Positions 35,160 through 44,221 of a DNA stretch of 58,854 nucleotides are shown here, piece by piece. Within the stretch, counting starts at the first letter, position 1. Each line of letters begins with the position of its first letter. The translations under genes and the position numbers were made by a program. Under the pieces are notes generated by a model that searched no databases, had not been told where the DNA came from, and saw nothing but the letters and a program-made list of their open reading frames with translations. This stretch comes from a virus (Duplodnaviria; Caudoviricetes): the IMG/VR virus record IMGVR_UViG_3300028025_000002, positions 1-58,854 of that record, one strand, 5' to 3'.

Positions 35160-35519
35160 ATGGCAACAACAGTATCAAGAATCCCGCTATCGGGTTCAAC
35201 TCATGGTCGTGGAATCAAGGTCGCCGCTACTTCTTCTGCTGGCGATACTATCCACACCGCAACTTCATCAACAACTGATTGCGATGTTATTACGCTATAC
35301 GCATATAACTCAAGCGCATCAGCAGTAAACCTAACAGTTCAATGGGGTGGAACAACCTCGGTAGATGATGACATCAAGTTATCTATTCCAGCAACATCAG
35401 GTTTAACTCTTGTTCTACCTGACCTTGTTCTTCGTAACTCTTTAATTGTAAAGGCTTACGCTGGAACAACAAATGTTGTAACAATCCACGGATTCGTAAA
35501 CCGCGTCGCTACTGCATAA
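35160..35519 (+). CDS. Structural protein (putative)
   Basis: LSGST.GR.IKV...GFVNR. Confidence 0.65.
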   Translation: MATTVSRIPLSGSTHGRGIKVAATSSAGDTIHTATSSTTDCDVITLYAYNSSASAVNLTVQWGGTTSVDDDIKLSIPATSGLTLVLPDLVLRNSLIVKAYAGTTNVVTIHGFVNRVATA

Positions 35520-35531
35520 GGAATAGGGTCG

Positions 35532-36140
35532 ATGTCGCTACCAAGCAGACTTCTAGGAGCGAACCCGTCAATTCAGGCATCAAGCCTGTTGTCGGGTTCG
35601 TTATCGACCCCTAGCGCAAAACAAGCATTTGTTCCGCCTGGGGAATTTGTCGCTATTGCTACATACACATCTACTAGCGCTTTTGATGCTTTTTCATTTT
35701 TGAACATTCCTCAGACATATAGATTCTTAGTTGTCCGAATTAACGGTGCCACAGTTGTGCCACAAGACTCTTCCTACAAGATGAGATTTAATACAGATAC
35801 AGATACAGGACAACTTTCAACACGCGATAACTACCCAAGTGGCGGTAGTTTGTACCACCAATGGTTAGCCAACGGTGGCATGATGGATGACGGAACAGAC
35901 TCAACTGGTTCTACTCAATCATGGCATTTTGTAATTGGAAACTATACAAATACTACTGGTTACAAAACTACAAACATTATTACTGGCGTTATTAGAGATA
36001 GTAATTCCCGTGTCATAAACTGGACTGGCATGGCAAATAAAAAAAGTGAAGCCGCTATTACTGCTCTTTATTTCTCACACAATAACGGTGCTAACTATTT
36101 TGCCGCTAATTCTCGATTTACTTTATACGGGGTGAAATAA
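35532..36140 (+). CDS. Putative receptor-binding/fibre tip protein, paralog 1
   Basis: F..IPQTY..L...FTLYG. Confidence 0.65.
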   Translation: MSLPSRLLGANPSIQASSLLSGSLSTPSAKQAFVPPGEFVAIATYTSTSAFDAFSFLNIPQTYRFLVVRINGATVVPQDSSYKMRFNTDTDTGQLSTRDNYPSGGSLYHQWLANGGMMDDGTDSTGSTQSWHFVIGNYTNTTGYKTTNIITGVIRDSNSRVINWTGMANKKSEAAITALYFSHNNGANYFAANSRFTLYGVK

Positions 36141-36616
36141 TGCCTACATTTGATTTAATATCTAGCACAACTTTAACTGGCACCAGCACAAGTATTGTTT
36201 TTTCGTCAATACCGCAAACATATACTGATTTGGAATTGCATTTTTTTGGGATATTTAGTGCTAATTTGCAATTACGATTCAAAGTAAATCATGGAACTAC
36301 AAGTTACACATATAGAATTATTAAAACTGGCAGTCCTGGTACATCAAATTACAATGTAAATGATACTGAATGGACAATTCCTGACGCCGCGGCCGCTTCA
36401 GCGAATATGTTCATAAGAATGACTTTAGATAATTATAGCAATTCTACTGCTGAAAAATCAGGAACATATTTTGTAAACAGGGATGCTACTCATATCGAAT
36501 ATGGAGCCATAATGAAACAAAATACAGCGGCAATAGAAACACTTGAAATTGCTGTTACTCAATCTAGTTTTGCGGCAGGTACAACTGCTCATCTATACGG
36601 GATTGCGAGTTCATAA
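36140..36616 (+). CDS. Putative receptor-binding/fibre tip protein, paralog 2
   Basis: FSSIPQTYTDL...HLYGI. Confidence 0.65.
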   Translation: MPTFDLISSTTLTGTSTSIVFSSIPQTYTDLELHFFGIFSANLQLRFKVNHGTTSYTYRIIKTGSPGTSNYNVNDTEWTIPDAAAASANMFIRMTLDNYSNSTAEKSGTYFVNRDATHIEYGAIMKQNTAAIETLEIAVTQSSFAAGTTAHLYGIASS

Positions 36617-37173
36617 TGGCCGCTGATATTACTAAAATTGCAGATATTGATGTTACTGGTTCAACAACCGACACAATTACATTCTCAAGTATCCCGCAAA
36701 CCTATAAAACCTTGATGGTAATGCAATCTTCATACTATGACCGTGGTGGAGGAAGTAATGATGGTTTTAGAGTAAATGGTTTATCAACAAATATCTACAC
36801 CACTCTATACAATTATTTAAGCACTCAGTCTGCAAGTGGTAGTAGAAGCATTGGAACTATTACGGGCGCTGGTGTGACATTTTGTTATGCCATGTTTACG
36901 CAATCACTTGGTCCTTCTAATAGCGTTTTATATTGGGGTAATTCAGTTTATTATTTCCCTAATTATAAAAGTACCTCTGAGAATAAATTAGCATTACAAA
37001 TTGGTGGAAACGCGGCTTTTGAAAGCCCAAGCGGATATGACCCAGTTAGAGGTGGCGTAATTGCTTACAAGGTTGCTACCACAAATGCTATAACTCAACT
37101 ACAATTTGGCTCATACGAAGCATCAGTTTATTGGCGCGCTGGCACTAAATTTACCCTCTACGGAATATCATAA
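36616..37173 (+). CDS. Putative receptor-binding/fibre tip protein, paralog 3
   Basis: FSSIPQTYKTL...FTLYGI. Confidence 0.65.
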   Translation: MAADITKIADIDVTGSTTDTITFSSIPQTYKTLMVMQSSYYDRGGGSNDGFRVNGLSTNIYTTLYNYLSTQSASGSRSIGTITGAGVTFCYAMFTQSLGPSNSVLYWGNSVYYFPNYKSTSENKLALQIGGNAAFESPSGYDPVRGGVIAYKVATTNAITQLQFGSYEASVYWRAGTKFTLYGIS

Positions 37174-37183
37174 GGAGAATAAA

Positions 37184-37420
37184 ATGACAGAAGAAATCAA
37201 AACGGTTGTAGAAGTAGATTGCACAACTGGTGAACAAACAGTCAGGGCAATGACAACAGAAGAACTTGCTGATTTAGCAATTACAACTGCCCAAGCGCAA
37301 GAACGCGATGAGGCTCTAAGACTAGAGCGTTTAGCATTTGAAGAAGCAAGAGCATCTGCTCTCGCAAAACTCACTTCTCTTGGTCTAAGCGAAGATGAAC
37401 TAAAAGCAATCGTTGGCTAA
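37184..37420 (+). CDS. Fibre assembly chaperone-like protein
   Basis: VDC.TGE...R.MT.EE...SALAKL..LGL.EDE. Confidence 0.6.
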   Translation: MTEEIKTVVEVDCTTGEQTVRAMTTEELADLAITTAQAQERDEALRLERLAFEEARASALAKLTSLGLSEDELKAIVG

Positions 37421-37445
37421 TTAACCATAGTAAGAAAGGCAGAAA

Positions 37446-38366
37446 ATGGGACTCCATCTAGGACTTCAGCGGATATTACTTCCGTCAGCCCAAGTCAGTT
37501 CGCTGACTACGGGTTCTATTACCCTGCCTTCTGCTAGAGGTGCTTTTGTTGAAACATTTCCAGTTGAGTATTTAGTTCTTGCTGGTGGGGGTAGTGCCGC
37601 TTCTAGTCAAAATGGTGAAGGTGGTTCAGGAGGAGGAGGAGCGGGTGGTTATCGTACTTCTACTTTAAGTGTTTTGCGTTCTACAAATTACACCGTAACT
37701 GTTGGCGCTGGTGGTCCTAGTACAAGCGGTGGAACAGATGGAACCAAAGGTTCAAATTCAGTATTTGCAAGTATCACATCTACGGGTGGCGGAAGAAGTA
37801 GAATGTCAGCGGTAAGTGAAACTGGTGGTTCAGGTGCAGGTGGTCGTTGGAATAATGGACTTGGTGCCGCTGGTAATCAAGGTGGTTTTACTCCCGCAGA
37901 AGGAAATGCAGGTGGAGATAGCCAATCCCTATCAGGTGGTGGCGGTGGCGGTGCTAGTGTTGCAGGTGGAGTTACTACAAGCAATACCAATGGTGGTAAT
38001 GGTGGTAACGGTGCTACAAGTAGCATTACTGGTGCAAGTATTACCCGTGGCGGTGGCGGTGGCGGCGGCGGTGGCGGTACAGGCTCAGGAGGATTAAGTA
38101 GTGGTGGTGCTGGCGGTGGCGGCGGCGGCGCTGGAAATACTGGTATTGGAAGTAGTGGAACTGTAAACACAGGTGGCGGCGGTGGTGGTTCTTATGGTCT
38201 AAATGCTCAAGGTGGTGGTGGTGGTTCGGGTATTGTAATTCTTAAATACTTAACAGCCGATGGAACTATAACTGTTGGCGCTGGTCTTACCAGTTCTACC
38301 ACTACAAGTGGTTCATATAAAATTACACAAATTACTGCTGGTACAGGAAATGTGAGTTGGGCATAA
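37446..38366 (+). CDS. Glycine-rich fibre protein
   Basis: EYLV.AGGG...GGGGAGG.R...NTGGGGGG...GGSGIVILKY. Confidence 0.8.
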   Translation: MGLHLGLQRILLPSAQVSSLTTGSITLPSARGAFVETFPVEYLVLAGGGSAASSQNGEGGSGGGGAGGYRTSTLSVLRSTNYTVTVGAGGPSTSGGTDGTKGSNSVFASITSTGGGRSRMSAVSETGGSGAGGRWNNGLGAAGNQGGFTPAEGNAGGDSQSLSGGGGGGASVAGGVTTSNTNGGNGGNGATSSITGASITRGGGGGGGGGGTGSGGLSSGGAGGGGGGAGNTGIGSSGTVNTGGGGGGSYGLNAQGGGGGSGIVILKYLTADGTITVGAGLTSSTTTSGSYKITQITAGTGNVSWA

Positions 38367-38734
38367 TGGCACATTACGCATTTTTAGATGAAAATAATGT
38401 AGTTACCGAGGTCATTACTGGAGTTGATGAACACATAACTCAAATTGATGTTGATGGTTCTCAAGTTGGTGGGTCAAGTGAGGCTTGGGAAACATTTTAT
38501 GGAAACTTGAGAAATCAAACTTGTAAAAGAACTTCATATAATCATAACTACCGCAAAAATTTTGCTGGTATTGGATTTACTTATGATGAAATAAGAGATG
38601 TTTTTATTCCTCCTAAGCCATTTAATTCATGGATATTAAATGAAGAAACTTGTCTTTGGGAATCACCAATACCTAGACCAAGTGAAGGTTTTAGTCAATG
38701 GAATGAAGAAACTTTATCTTGGGTACTAATATAA
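38366..38734 (+). CDS. Fibre-associated protein
   Basis: MAHYA.LD.NN.V..VI...TSYN...RKN.AGIG.TYD..RD.FI.PKP..SW. Confidence 0.7.
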   Translation: MAHYAFLDENNVVTEVITGVDEHITQIDVDGSQVGGSSEAWETFYGNLRNQTCKRTSYNHNYRKNFAGIGFTYDEIRDVFIPPKPFNSWILNEETCLWESPIPRPSEGFSQWNEETLSWVLI

Positions 38735-38901
38735 TGTCTTCTGAATCATTAGAAACTAAAGTATTTACTTATGAAGTAAAAATGATTGTTTCTGTATTTG
38801 ATGTAGACGATAAATCCGCACAAGATAAACTTGATAAAGATGGTGGTTATGTATCTAAAAGAGAAGTAATTCTTTTAGATGCTCAACCAATAATTAGTTA
38901 G
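38734..38901 (+). CDS. Small hypothetical protein
   Basis: Coupled ORF. Confidence 0.55.
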   Translation: MSSESLETKVFTYEVKMIVSVFDVDDKSAQDKLDKDGGYVSKREVILLDAQPIIS

Positions 38902-38909
38902 GGGATAAC

Positions 38910-39455
38910 ATGGCAGGTACAACAACTAAGGGTTTAAGATACCCAACCGCGGGTGATAATCCTGCCGTTCATACCGACATCTTTAATTTAGCCACAGATG
39001 TCGATACAGAGTTAGATGATTATGTCTTAAAATCTTCTCCAGCATTTACATCAACAATAACTCTTGGTGCTGGCAATGACATTATTTTTGAAGGCACTAC
39101 TAATGATGGTTTTGAAACTACTTTAACTGTTGCAGACCCAACGGCTGACAGAACAATCACTATTCCCAACGCAACCGATACCTTAGTTGGACGCAATACA
39201 ACCGATACCTTAACTAACAAAACTTTAACTTCCCCTATTATTAGTAACGCTACTTTTTCAGGTCAGCAGACAGGGCTAGAAATTGCTTTCAATAACTCAA
39301 TCGTCTTTGAAGGTACGACAGCCGATGCTTTTGAATTAACTCTTTCAGCAGGAGAACCAACTTCTGATGTGACAGTCACTCTCCCTAATGAAACAGATAC
39401 GCTGGCAAACGAAAACTTTGTTCGAACATCTGTTCTAATGCTAGGTGGAATGTAA
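38910..39455 (+). CDS. Fibre shaft protein (shares repeats with 34501)
   Basis: Two FEGTT.D.FE.TL repeats; TLTNKTLTSP. Confidence 0.72.
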   Translation: MAGTTTKGLRYPTAGDNPAVHTDIFNLATDVDTELDDYVLKSSPAFTSTITLGAGNDIIFEGTTNDGFETTLTVADPTADRTITIPNATDTLVGRNTTDTLTNKTLTSPIISNATFSGQQTGLEIAFNNSIVFEGTTADAFELTLSAGEPTSDVTVTLPNETDTLANENFVRTSVLMLGGM

Positions 39456-39901
39456 TGACATTTACCTACTCAGGTGACCCAAGCACATCTACCCGTAATT
39501 ATGTGCGTTTTCTTATTAACGATACAGATTCAACTGATGCTTTATTTAGCGATGAAGAATTAAACTATGTAATTAGTGAATGGGGTGGTGACGCATATAA
39601 ATCAGCCCGTGAATGTGCTGAAATTCTTATTGCTCGATTTAGTCGTCTAGCCGATAGCAGTTCCAAGAGTGTAGGAGATATTTCTGTCTCTGAGTCTTTT
39701 GGACAAAAAATTCAACACTATAAAGAATTGGCTAATTCTCTTTTAACAAGAGAAATGCGTAAATCTCCACCTCGTCCGTTTGCTAATGCTCAGTCTCTTA
39801 AATCTACAAATGACAGAATTGTTGATGATTACAACACAGATGCCTATACTGGAATTCACGATAACCCCAACAATGTCTACGACCATCGTATAGTTGAATA
39901 G
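39455..39901 (+). CDS. Head-tail adaptor
   Basis: YSGDP...VRFLI.DTD....FSDEE...VGD.S.S. Confidence 0.75.
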   Translation: MTFTYSGDPSTSTRNYVRFLINDTDSTDALFSDEELNYVISEWGGDAYKSARECAEILIARFSRLADSSSKSVGDISVSESFGQKIQHYKELANSLLTREMRKSPPRPFANAQSLKSTNDRIVDDYNTDAYTGIHDNPNNVYDHRIVE

Positions 39902-39910
39902 GGGTAGCCA

Positions 39911-40246
39911 ATGGATGCTATCTATAACAAAGTAGCGGAGTTCATGACCGATACTGTGGTCTTTACACCAAAAGCCTCAGTTGATAAATACAATAAAACT
40001 ACTTTTGGTGCTTCTAACACAAATGTAACTGTTACTGGTCGTTTAATTTACGACACTACAAAATCTAAAGATGTTCAAGGTATCGAAGTTGTTGATATTG
40101 GACGATTCATTACTAAGGGTCCCGCGACCTCAATCACGGTGGCTCACAGGATGGTCGTCGGGGCGGACACCTTTACGATAAATGCAATAGATAACATCGC
40201 AGACGAAAACGGAGCGCATCACACCGTCATCAGATTTGGACGGTAG
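39911..40246 (+). CDS. Head closure/stopper protein (putative)
   Basis: Neck synteny; beta-rich. Confidence 0.6.
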   Translation: MDAIYNKVAEFMTDTVVFTPKASVDKYNKTTFGASNTNVTVTGRLIYDTTKSKDVQGIEVVDIGRFITKGPATSITVAHRMVVGADTFTINAIDNIADENGAHHTVIRFGR

Positions 40247-40248
40247 AA

Positions 40249-40659
40249 ATGGCAAAGTCGTCTTTTACACTCGACTTATTCGGTGATAAAGAGTTAGTTA
40301 ATGCTCTTAAGGCTGGACAGGAAGATACTCCTCAAGCAATAGCCCAAGCAATATGGGAAGAAGCCAATGTTATTTTTGCTAAATCACAAGTTCTTGTCCC
40401 AGTAGATACTGGAGTTCTTCGAGGTTCAGGTGGAGTCTCTGCTCCACAAATGGGAAATGCGGGTTATTTCGTCGATATTTTCTATGGTGGTCCCGCCGCT
40501 TCTTATGCTCTTTATGTCCATGAGATTATTGGCAACTACCACAATCCACCAACACAGGCTAAATACCTTGAGCAACCAGTCATGGAAGCGATGTCTACAA
40601 TCCAAGAAAATATAAAGGGTAGAATTATCGACATCATACGGAAAGGTCACAGGGGCTAA
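40249..40659 (+). CDS. HK97 gp10-like tail completion protein
   Basis: VPVDTG.LR.S, YA.YVHE, AKYLE.P. Confidence 0.8.
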   Translation: MAKSSFTLDLFGDKELVNALKAGQEDTPQAIAQAIWEEANVIFAKSQVLVPVDTGVLRGSGGVSAPQMGNAGYFVDIFYGGPAASYALYVHEIIGNYHNPPTQAKYLEQPVMEAMSTIQENIKGRIIDIIRKGHRG

Positions 40660-41084
40660 TGGCAACTATTCTTGAATCAGTAGGGGATTACCTACAAAAC
40701 ACTTCAAGCGCTTTTGGCGCCCATGCCTCCCAAGGAACCCTTGGTACATCTATCTTTCTTGGAACACTCCCTGAAACCCCTGATGCTTGCGTAGCCGTAT
40801 ACGAGAACGCTGGAAGTTCCCCTACATTCACTATGGGTTCAGGCGGTATCAGAATTGACTACCCAATGCTTCAAATTATCTGCCGAGCGGGTCGAGAGGA
40901 TTATCCAACCGCTAGAGACAAGGCAGAAGATATTCGCGTTTTGCTCGCGTCGGTGCTTGAACAAACTGTCTCAGGGGTGCATATTATGAGGATTGAACCG
41001 ATGGGTTCAGTAAACTTGTTAGGAGTAGACCCGAAGTACCGTCCACTAATCTCGGTGAATTTCCGATGCCTAGTGCGAATGTAA
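40659..41084 (+). CDS. Tail terminator (minor capsid family)
   Basis: P.TPD....YE..G..P...P..QI..R...LG.D...R.L.S.NF. Confidence 0.72.
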   Translation: MATILESVGDYLQNTSSAFGAHASQGTLGTSIFLGTLPETPDACVAVYENAGSSPTFTMGSGGIRIDYPMLQIICRAGREDYPTARDKAEDIRVLLASVLEQTVSGVHIMRIEPMGSVNLLGVDPKYRPLISVNFRCLVRM

Positions 41085-41254
41085 ACGAGGAGCCAACGGC
41101 TCCGCAAGAGAGAGTGGTAGACCCGTATGGCAGAAACGCAACAACCGATGAGTTCCAGCGATGCTGGAAATGTGACAGGCTCCTCTTCGAAAGCGCAACG
41201 CGTCCGTGGAGTATCCGATGTCCCCGTTGTAAATCCAAAAATAAATCAGGATGA
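41066..41254 (+). CDS. Small Zn-finger protein (Com-like)
   Basis: RCWKCDRLL...IRCPRCK..N. Confidence 0.6.
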   Translation: MPSANVNEEPTAPQERVVDPYGRNATTDEFQRCWKCDRLLFESATRPWSIRCPRCKSKNKSG

Positions 41255-41513
41255 TTTCTTCAAGGATTTAGATTCTTTGATTGGCATAAGCCGAGAACAG
41301 GGCGGTTGCTCAATCGGCAGATTAGTTTCAAAATTAGATGAACCTTTGCGTTCTAAACTTAATGAAATTATGAGAAATGAAAAAGTAAACTCTGCTCGTC
41401 TTTCTGAAGTTATGTTAGCCTATGGGCTTCAAGTATCTTCCAGCGATGTTCTCAGAAGGCATCGACGAAGGCTTATAGGTAAAGACGGGTGTAAGTGTCC
41501 GAATGAGTCTTGA
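41127..41513 (+). CDS. Hypothetical protein (start uncertain)
   Basis: C...RHRRR...CKC pattern; overlaps the phosphoesterase start. Confidence 0.55.
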   Translation: MAETQQPMSSSDAGNVTGSSSKAQRVRGVSDVPVVNPKINQDDFFKDLDSLIGISREQGGCSIGRLVSKLDEPLRSKLNEIMRNEKVNSARLSEVMLAYGLQVSSSDVLRRHRRRLIGKDGCKCPNES

Positions 41514-42696
41514 TGACGCTTTAGATAATCTGCTTAAAACTAGCGAGATGAATTCAGTTCAAAAAACTGAACCTCGTCAAAGACAAGCAGAGTGGTTGCC
41601 TGGGGTTACTTGGCAAGGCGAAGAAGGAGTAGTTACTACTCAGCCAATGGAAGGCGATAACGCGCCTGATTGGTCAGGAGTTCTTCGAATGTGGGGATTA
41701 GACCCTGAGCATTTCCAAGTAGTAGAACCAGTTCTTTTCAATGTATGGGGCGATACTTTAGGAATTCTTAATCGCCAATGGAAAGGCAAAGTAGTTCGCA
41801 AAGGCAAACAAGAAGTTGCCGATATTGAAGCCTTAATTGAAGAGATAAAGAAACACAAACCCCGCGAGCGCAAACCAGTTACAGGTGGAGCAAGCCTTGT
41901 TGTATGTGCCTCAGATTGGCAAACAGGTAAAAGAGATGGGGACGGTCTAAAAGGTTTAGTTGGTAGATGGCTCCAAGCCATTGATGATGTTGAGTTCAGA
42001 ATTAAAGAATTGAAAAAAATAGGTCGCCCGATTGATTCAATCACCGTCTTATGCCTAGGTGATTTAGTTGAAGGATGCGATGGTCACTATGACATTCAAA
42101 CTTTTACAGTCGAAGTTGATAGAAGAGACCAAGTAAAGATTGCTCGTCGCCTCCTAAGAGATGCTCTTATCCGTTGGTCAAAGGTTGTCCCTAATATCAC
42201 CGTTGCGGCGATTGGTGGAAACCACGGTGAAAACCGAAAAAACGGAAAAGCCTTTACGACCCTGAACGATAATGACGATGTAGCCTTAGTTGAATCCGTT
42301 GCTGAAATCTTCCAAGCCAATCCTGAAGCCTACGGTCATGTTCGTTTTGCTATTCCAACAGATGAGTTGAGTCTTACAGTTGAAGTCAATGGAAAGATTA
42401 TTGGAATTACTCACGGACACCTTGCTCGCAGTTCAGGTAGCCCTGAAGCCAAACTTCGTCGGTGGATTGCTGACCAAACTCTAGGACGCCAATCAATCGG
42501 CGATTGTGACATTTTAGTATCAGGTCATTATCATTCATTCCGACTAGCAGATTGGGGAGGAGTCAAATGGCTACAAGCACCAGCCCTCGACGGGGGAAGC
42601 GTTTGGTGGAGACAGTCCAAGGGGGAGGTTGCGGATGTGGGAGTGCTGACATTCCTAGTGACCAGCGAGGGAATCTCGGACATCCAAGTATTATGA
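41503..42696 (+). CDS. Calcineurin-like metallophosphoesterase (Mre11-like)
   Basis: SDWQ.G, LGDLVEG, GNHGE, THGH, GHYH. Confidence 0.85.
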   Translation: MSLDDALDNLLKTSEMNSVQKTEPRQRQAEWLPGVTWQGEEGVVTTQPMEGDNAPDWSGVLRMWGLDPEHFQVVEPVLFNVWGDTLGILNRQWKGKVVRKGKQEVADIEALIEEIKKHKPRERKPVTGGASLVVCASDWQTGKRDGDGLKGLVGRWLQAIDDVEFRIKELKKIGRPIDSITVLCLGDLVEGCDGHYDIQTFTVEVDRRDQVKIARRLLRDALIRWSKVVPNITVAAIGGNHGENRKNGKAFTTLNDNDDVALVESVAEIFQANPEAYGHVRFAIPTDELSLTVEVNGKIIGITHGHLARSSGSPEAKLRRWIADQTLGRQSIGDCDILVSGHYHSFRLADWGGVKWLQAPALDGGSVWWRQSKGEVADVGVLTFLVTSEGISDIQVL

Positions 42697-42977
42697 ACGA
42701 CCCAAGGGACATTGCTTTATATGCCGCTGAGTTAGTCTCAGGAGAGCGTCAGGACGCTTATGGACATCCACTTGATAACTTCACCCGTGCCTCAAAGATA
42801 TGGGCTGTAATCCTCGGCTGTGAGGTTTCTGCTGAGCAAGTTGCTCTCTGTATGGTCGGCATGAAGGTAGCCCGTGAGGTCAATCAATCCAAGCCCGACA
42901 CGGTGGTGGATGGGATTGGCTACTTTCTCACGCTCAATATGATTCAAGAAGAGCGCCTCAGAAGAGAGAATAACTAA
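42693..42977 (+). CDS. DUF6378-like protein
   Basis: A.ELV.GERQ.AYG.P.DNF.R...W...VALCM...K..R...D..VD..GY. Confidence 0.8.
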   Translation: MNDPRDIALYAAELVSGERQDAYGHPLDNFTRASKIWAVILGCEVSAEQVALCMVGMKVAREVNQSKPDTVVDGIGYFLTLNMIQEERLRRENN

Positions 42978-42995
42978 CCCTAGTTGTGATATAAT
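42972..42995 (+). promoter_or_regulatory. Motif promoter inside the structural region
   Basis: aactaaccctagttgTGaTATAAT followed by ggtcttgt..gagagg, as at 6718-6741. Confidence 0.78.
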
Positions 42996-43020
42996 GGTCT
43001 TGTCCTGAGAGGAGGACGAG

Positions 43021-43374
43021 ATGAAGTACGAAGGATTAGAAGTTGTTGAGCGTAATACTGCTCGCGGGTCTGCTGAGTACATCTACAAGGGTGTCAGAAT
43101 TTCTAAATACACTCAAGAGCGTGGACACAAAACAAGAATTCGTGGCGGTTATAGCCGTGCTGGTGTGAAGTTCACTTACAAAGTTAATAACTTTCGCGCT
43201 CATGCCATAGTTGCTACAAGTTACACAATCGTTAAAAACTACACTTTGAAAGAAACCATTGCTGAGATTGATGCTTACTTAACTCGGGAAAATGTCATTG
43301 CCGATAGGGGCGAGATTATCAACGGCGTTGCTGAAAGAGAGATTTTCAGAAATAGAGGGGAGTACAACGGGTAA
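43021..43374 (+). CDS. Hypothetical protein
   Basis: GAGGAGG RBS after the motif promoter. Confidence 0.7.
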   Translation: MKYEGLEVVERNTARGSAEYIYKGVRISKYTQERGHKTRIRGGYSRAGVKFTYKVNNFRAHAIVATSYTIVKNYTLKETIAEIDAYLTRENVIADRGEIINGVAEREIFRNRGEYNG

Positions 43375-43790
43375 TGGCTAGACCAATCGAGAGTTCAAAA
43401 CCTTGTTTCAAGTGTGGTCGCACAGTAGTCAAGTGCGAATCCAAGGGCGGAAAAATTTATGTGGCTAGTATTGAAGTCGTCTCCAGCCAATATGCTGACT
43501 ACACAGCGCGTGGAAAGGCTATCTATCCAGTTCATGAGTGCGATGAATCTGAAATCGTCAAATATCAAGAACTCCTCAAGCGCCAGTTAGCCGAGGGTCA
43601 AATTGTTAAAGGTCAAAAAGTTGTTGTGGTCAAAGGTCGTAAGGTGGCAAAGGGAACCGAAGGAGAAATTTTTTGGCTTGGATACGAGACTTGGAATGGC
43701 GAATCTATTTTGAAGCGCGTTGGAATCGTGGTTGAATCAGGTGAAAAAGTCTTTGTGAGTTCAGAATATGTTGAGGCTAAAGTCTCTTAA
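43374..43790 (+). CDS. Hypothetical protein (Zn motif plus KOW/SH3-like domain)
   Basis: CFKC...HEC; VVVVKGRKV.KGT.G.IFW.G. Confidence 0.65.
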   Translation: MARPIESSKPCFKCGRTVVKCESKGGKIYVASIEVVSSQYADYTARGKAIYPVHECDESEIVKYQELLKRQLAEGQIVKGQKVVVVKGRKVAKGTEGEIFWLGYETWNGESILKRVGIVVESGEKVFVSSEYVEAKVS

Positions 43791-43909
43791 AACTCACCTG
43801 ATACACTAAACCTACTGTGCGCTAGTCGCCCGAGTTTTTCGTCTCTTCCGTGTCCGAGTGACCTGACGGTTACTTGGGTTACCCATGTGCCGTATCGGAG
43901 GAGGTTTGA

Positions 43910-44221
43910 ATGGCTCGTTATAGAGTCTTACAGGGTATTGATTACCCGCCTAATAAACGCGCTGAGGTTGGCGATATTGTCGAAGATATTCCAGCACAAT
44001 CAGTCAAGTGGCTTTTAGAGTCAGACATCATTGAAGATGCAGATAAGCCAACAAAGAAAATCGAAAAAACTGTCGTAGAAGAAACTAAAGCCGAACCAGT
44101 TGTCGAGGTCGTAGAAGAATCTGCTGTTGCAGATGGTTTTGACCCTGATGCAACTGATGGTGATGGCGATGGATTCCTACAAGACGGCACCCCACACCAA
44201 CGCCCAGTCGAGGAAAAATAA
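43910..44221 (+). CDS. Small acidic protein with DGDGDG..QDGT motif
   Basis: GGAGGAGG RBS; coupled to the next gene. Confidence 0.7.
   Translation: MARYRVLQGIDYPPNKRAEVGDIVEDIPAQSVKWLLESDIIEDADKPTKKIEKTVVEETKAEPVVEVVEESAVADGFDPDATDGDGDGFLQDGTPHQRPVEEK

Noticed and set aside
37816-38170. Poly-Pro and Val-rich ORFs, GGN repeats
   Set aside because: Alternative-frame shadows of the Gly-rich fibre gene.
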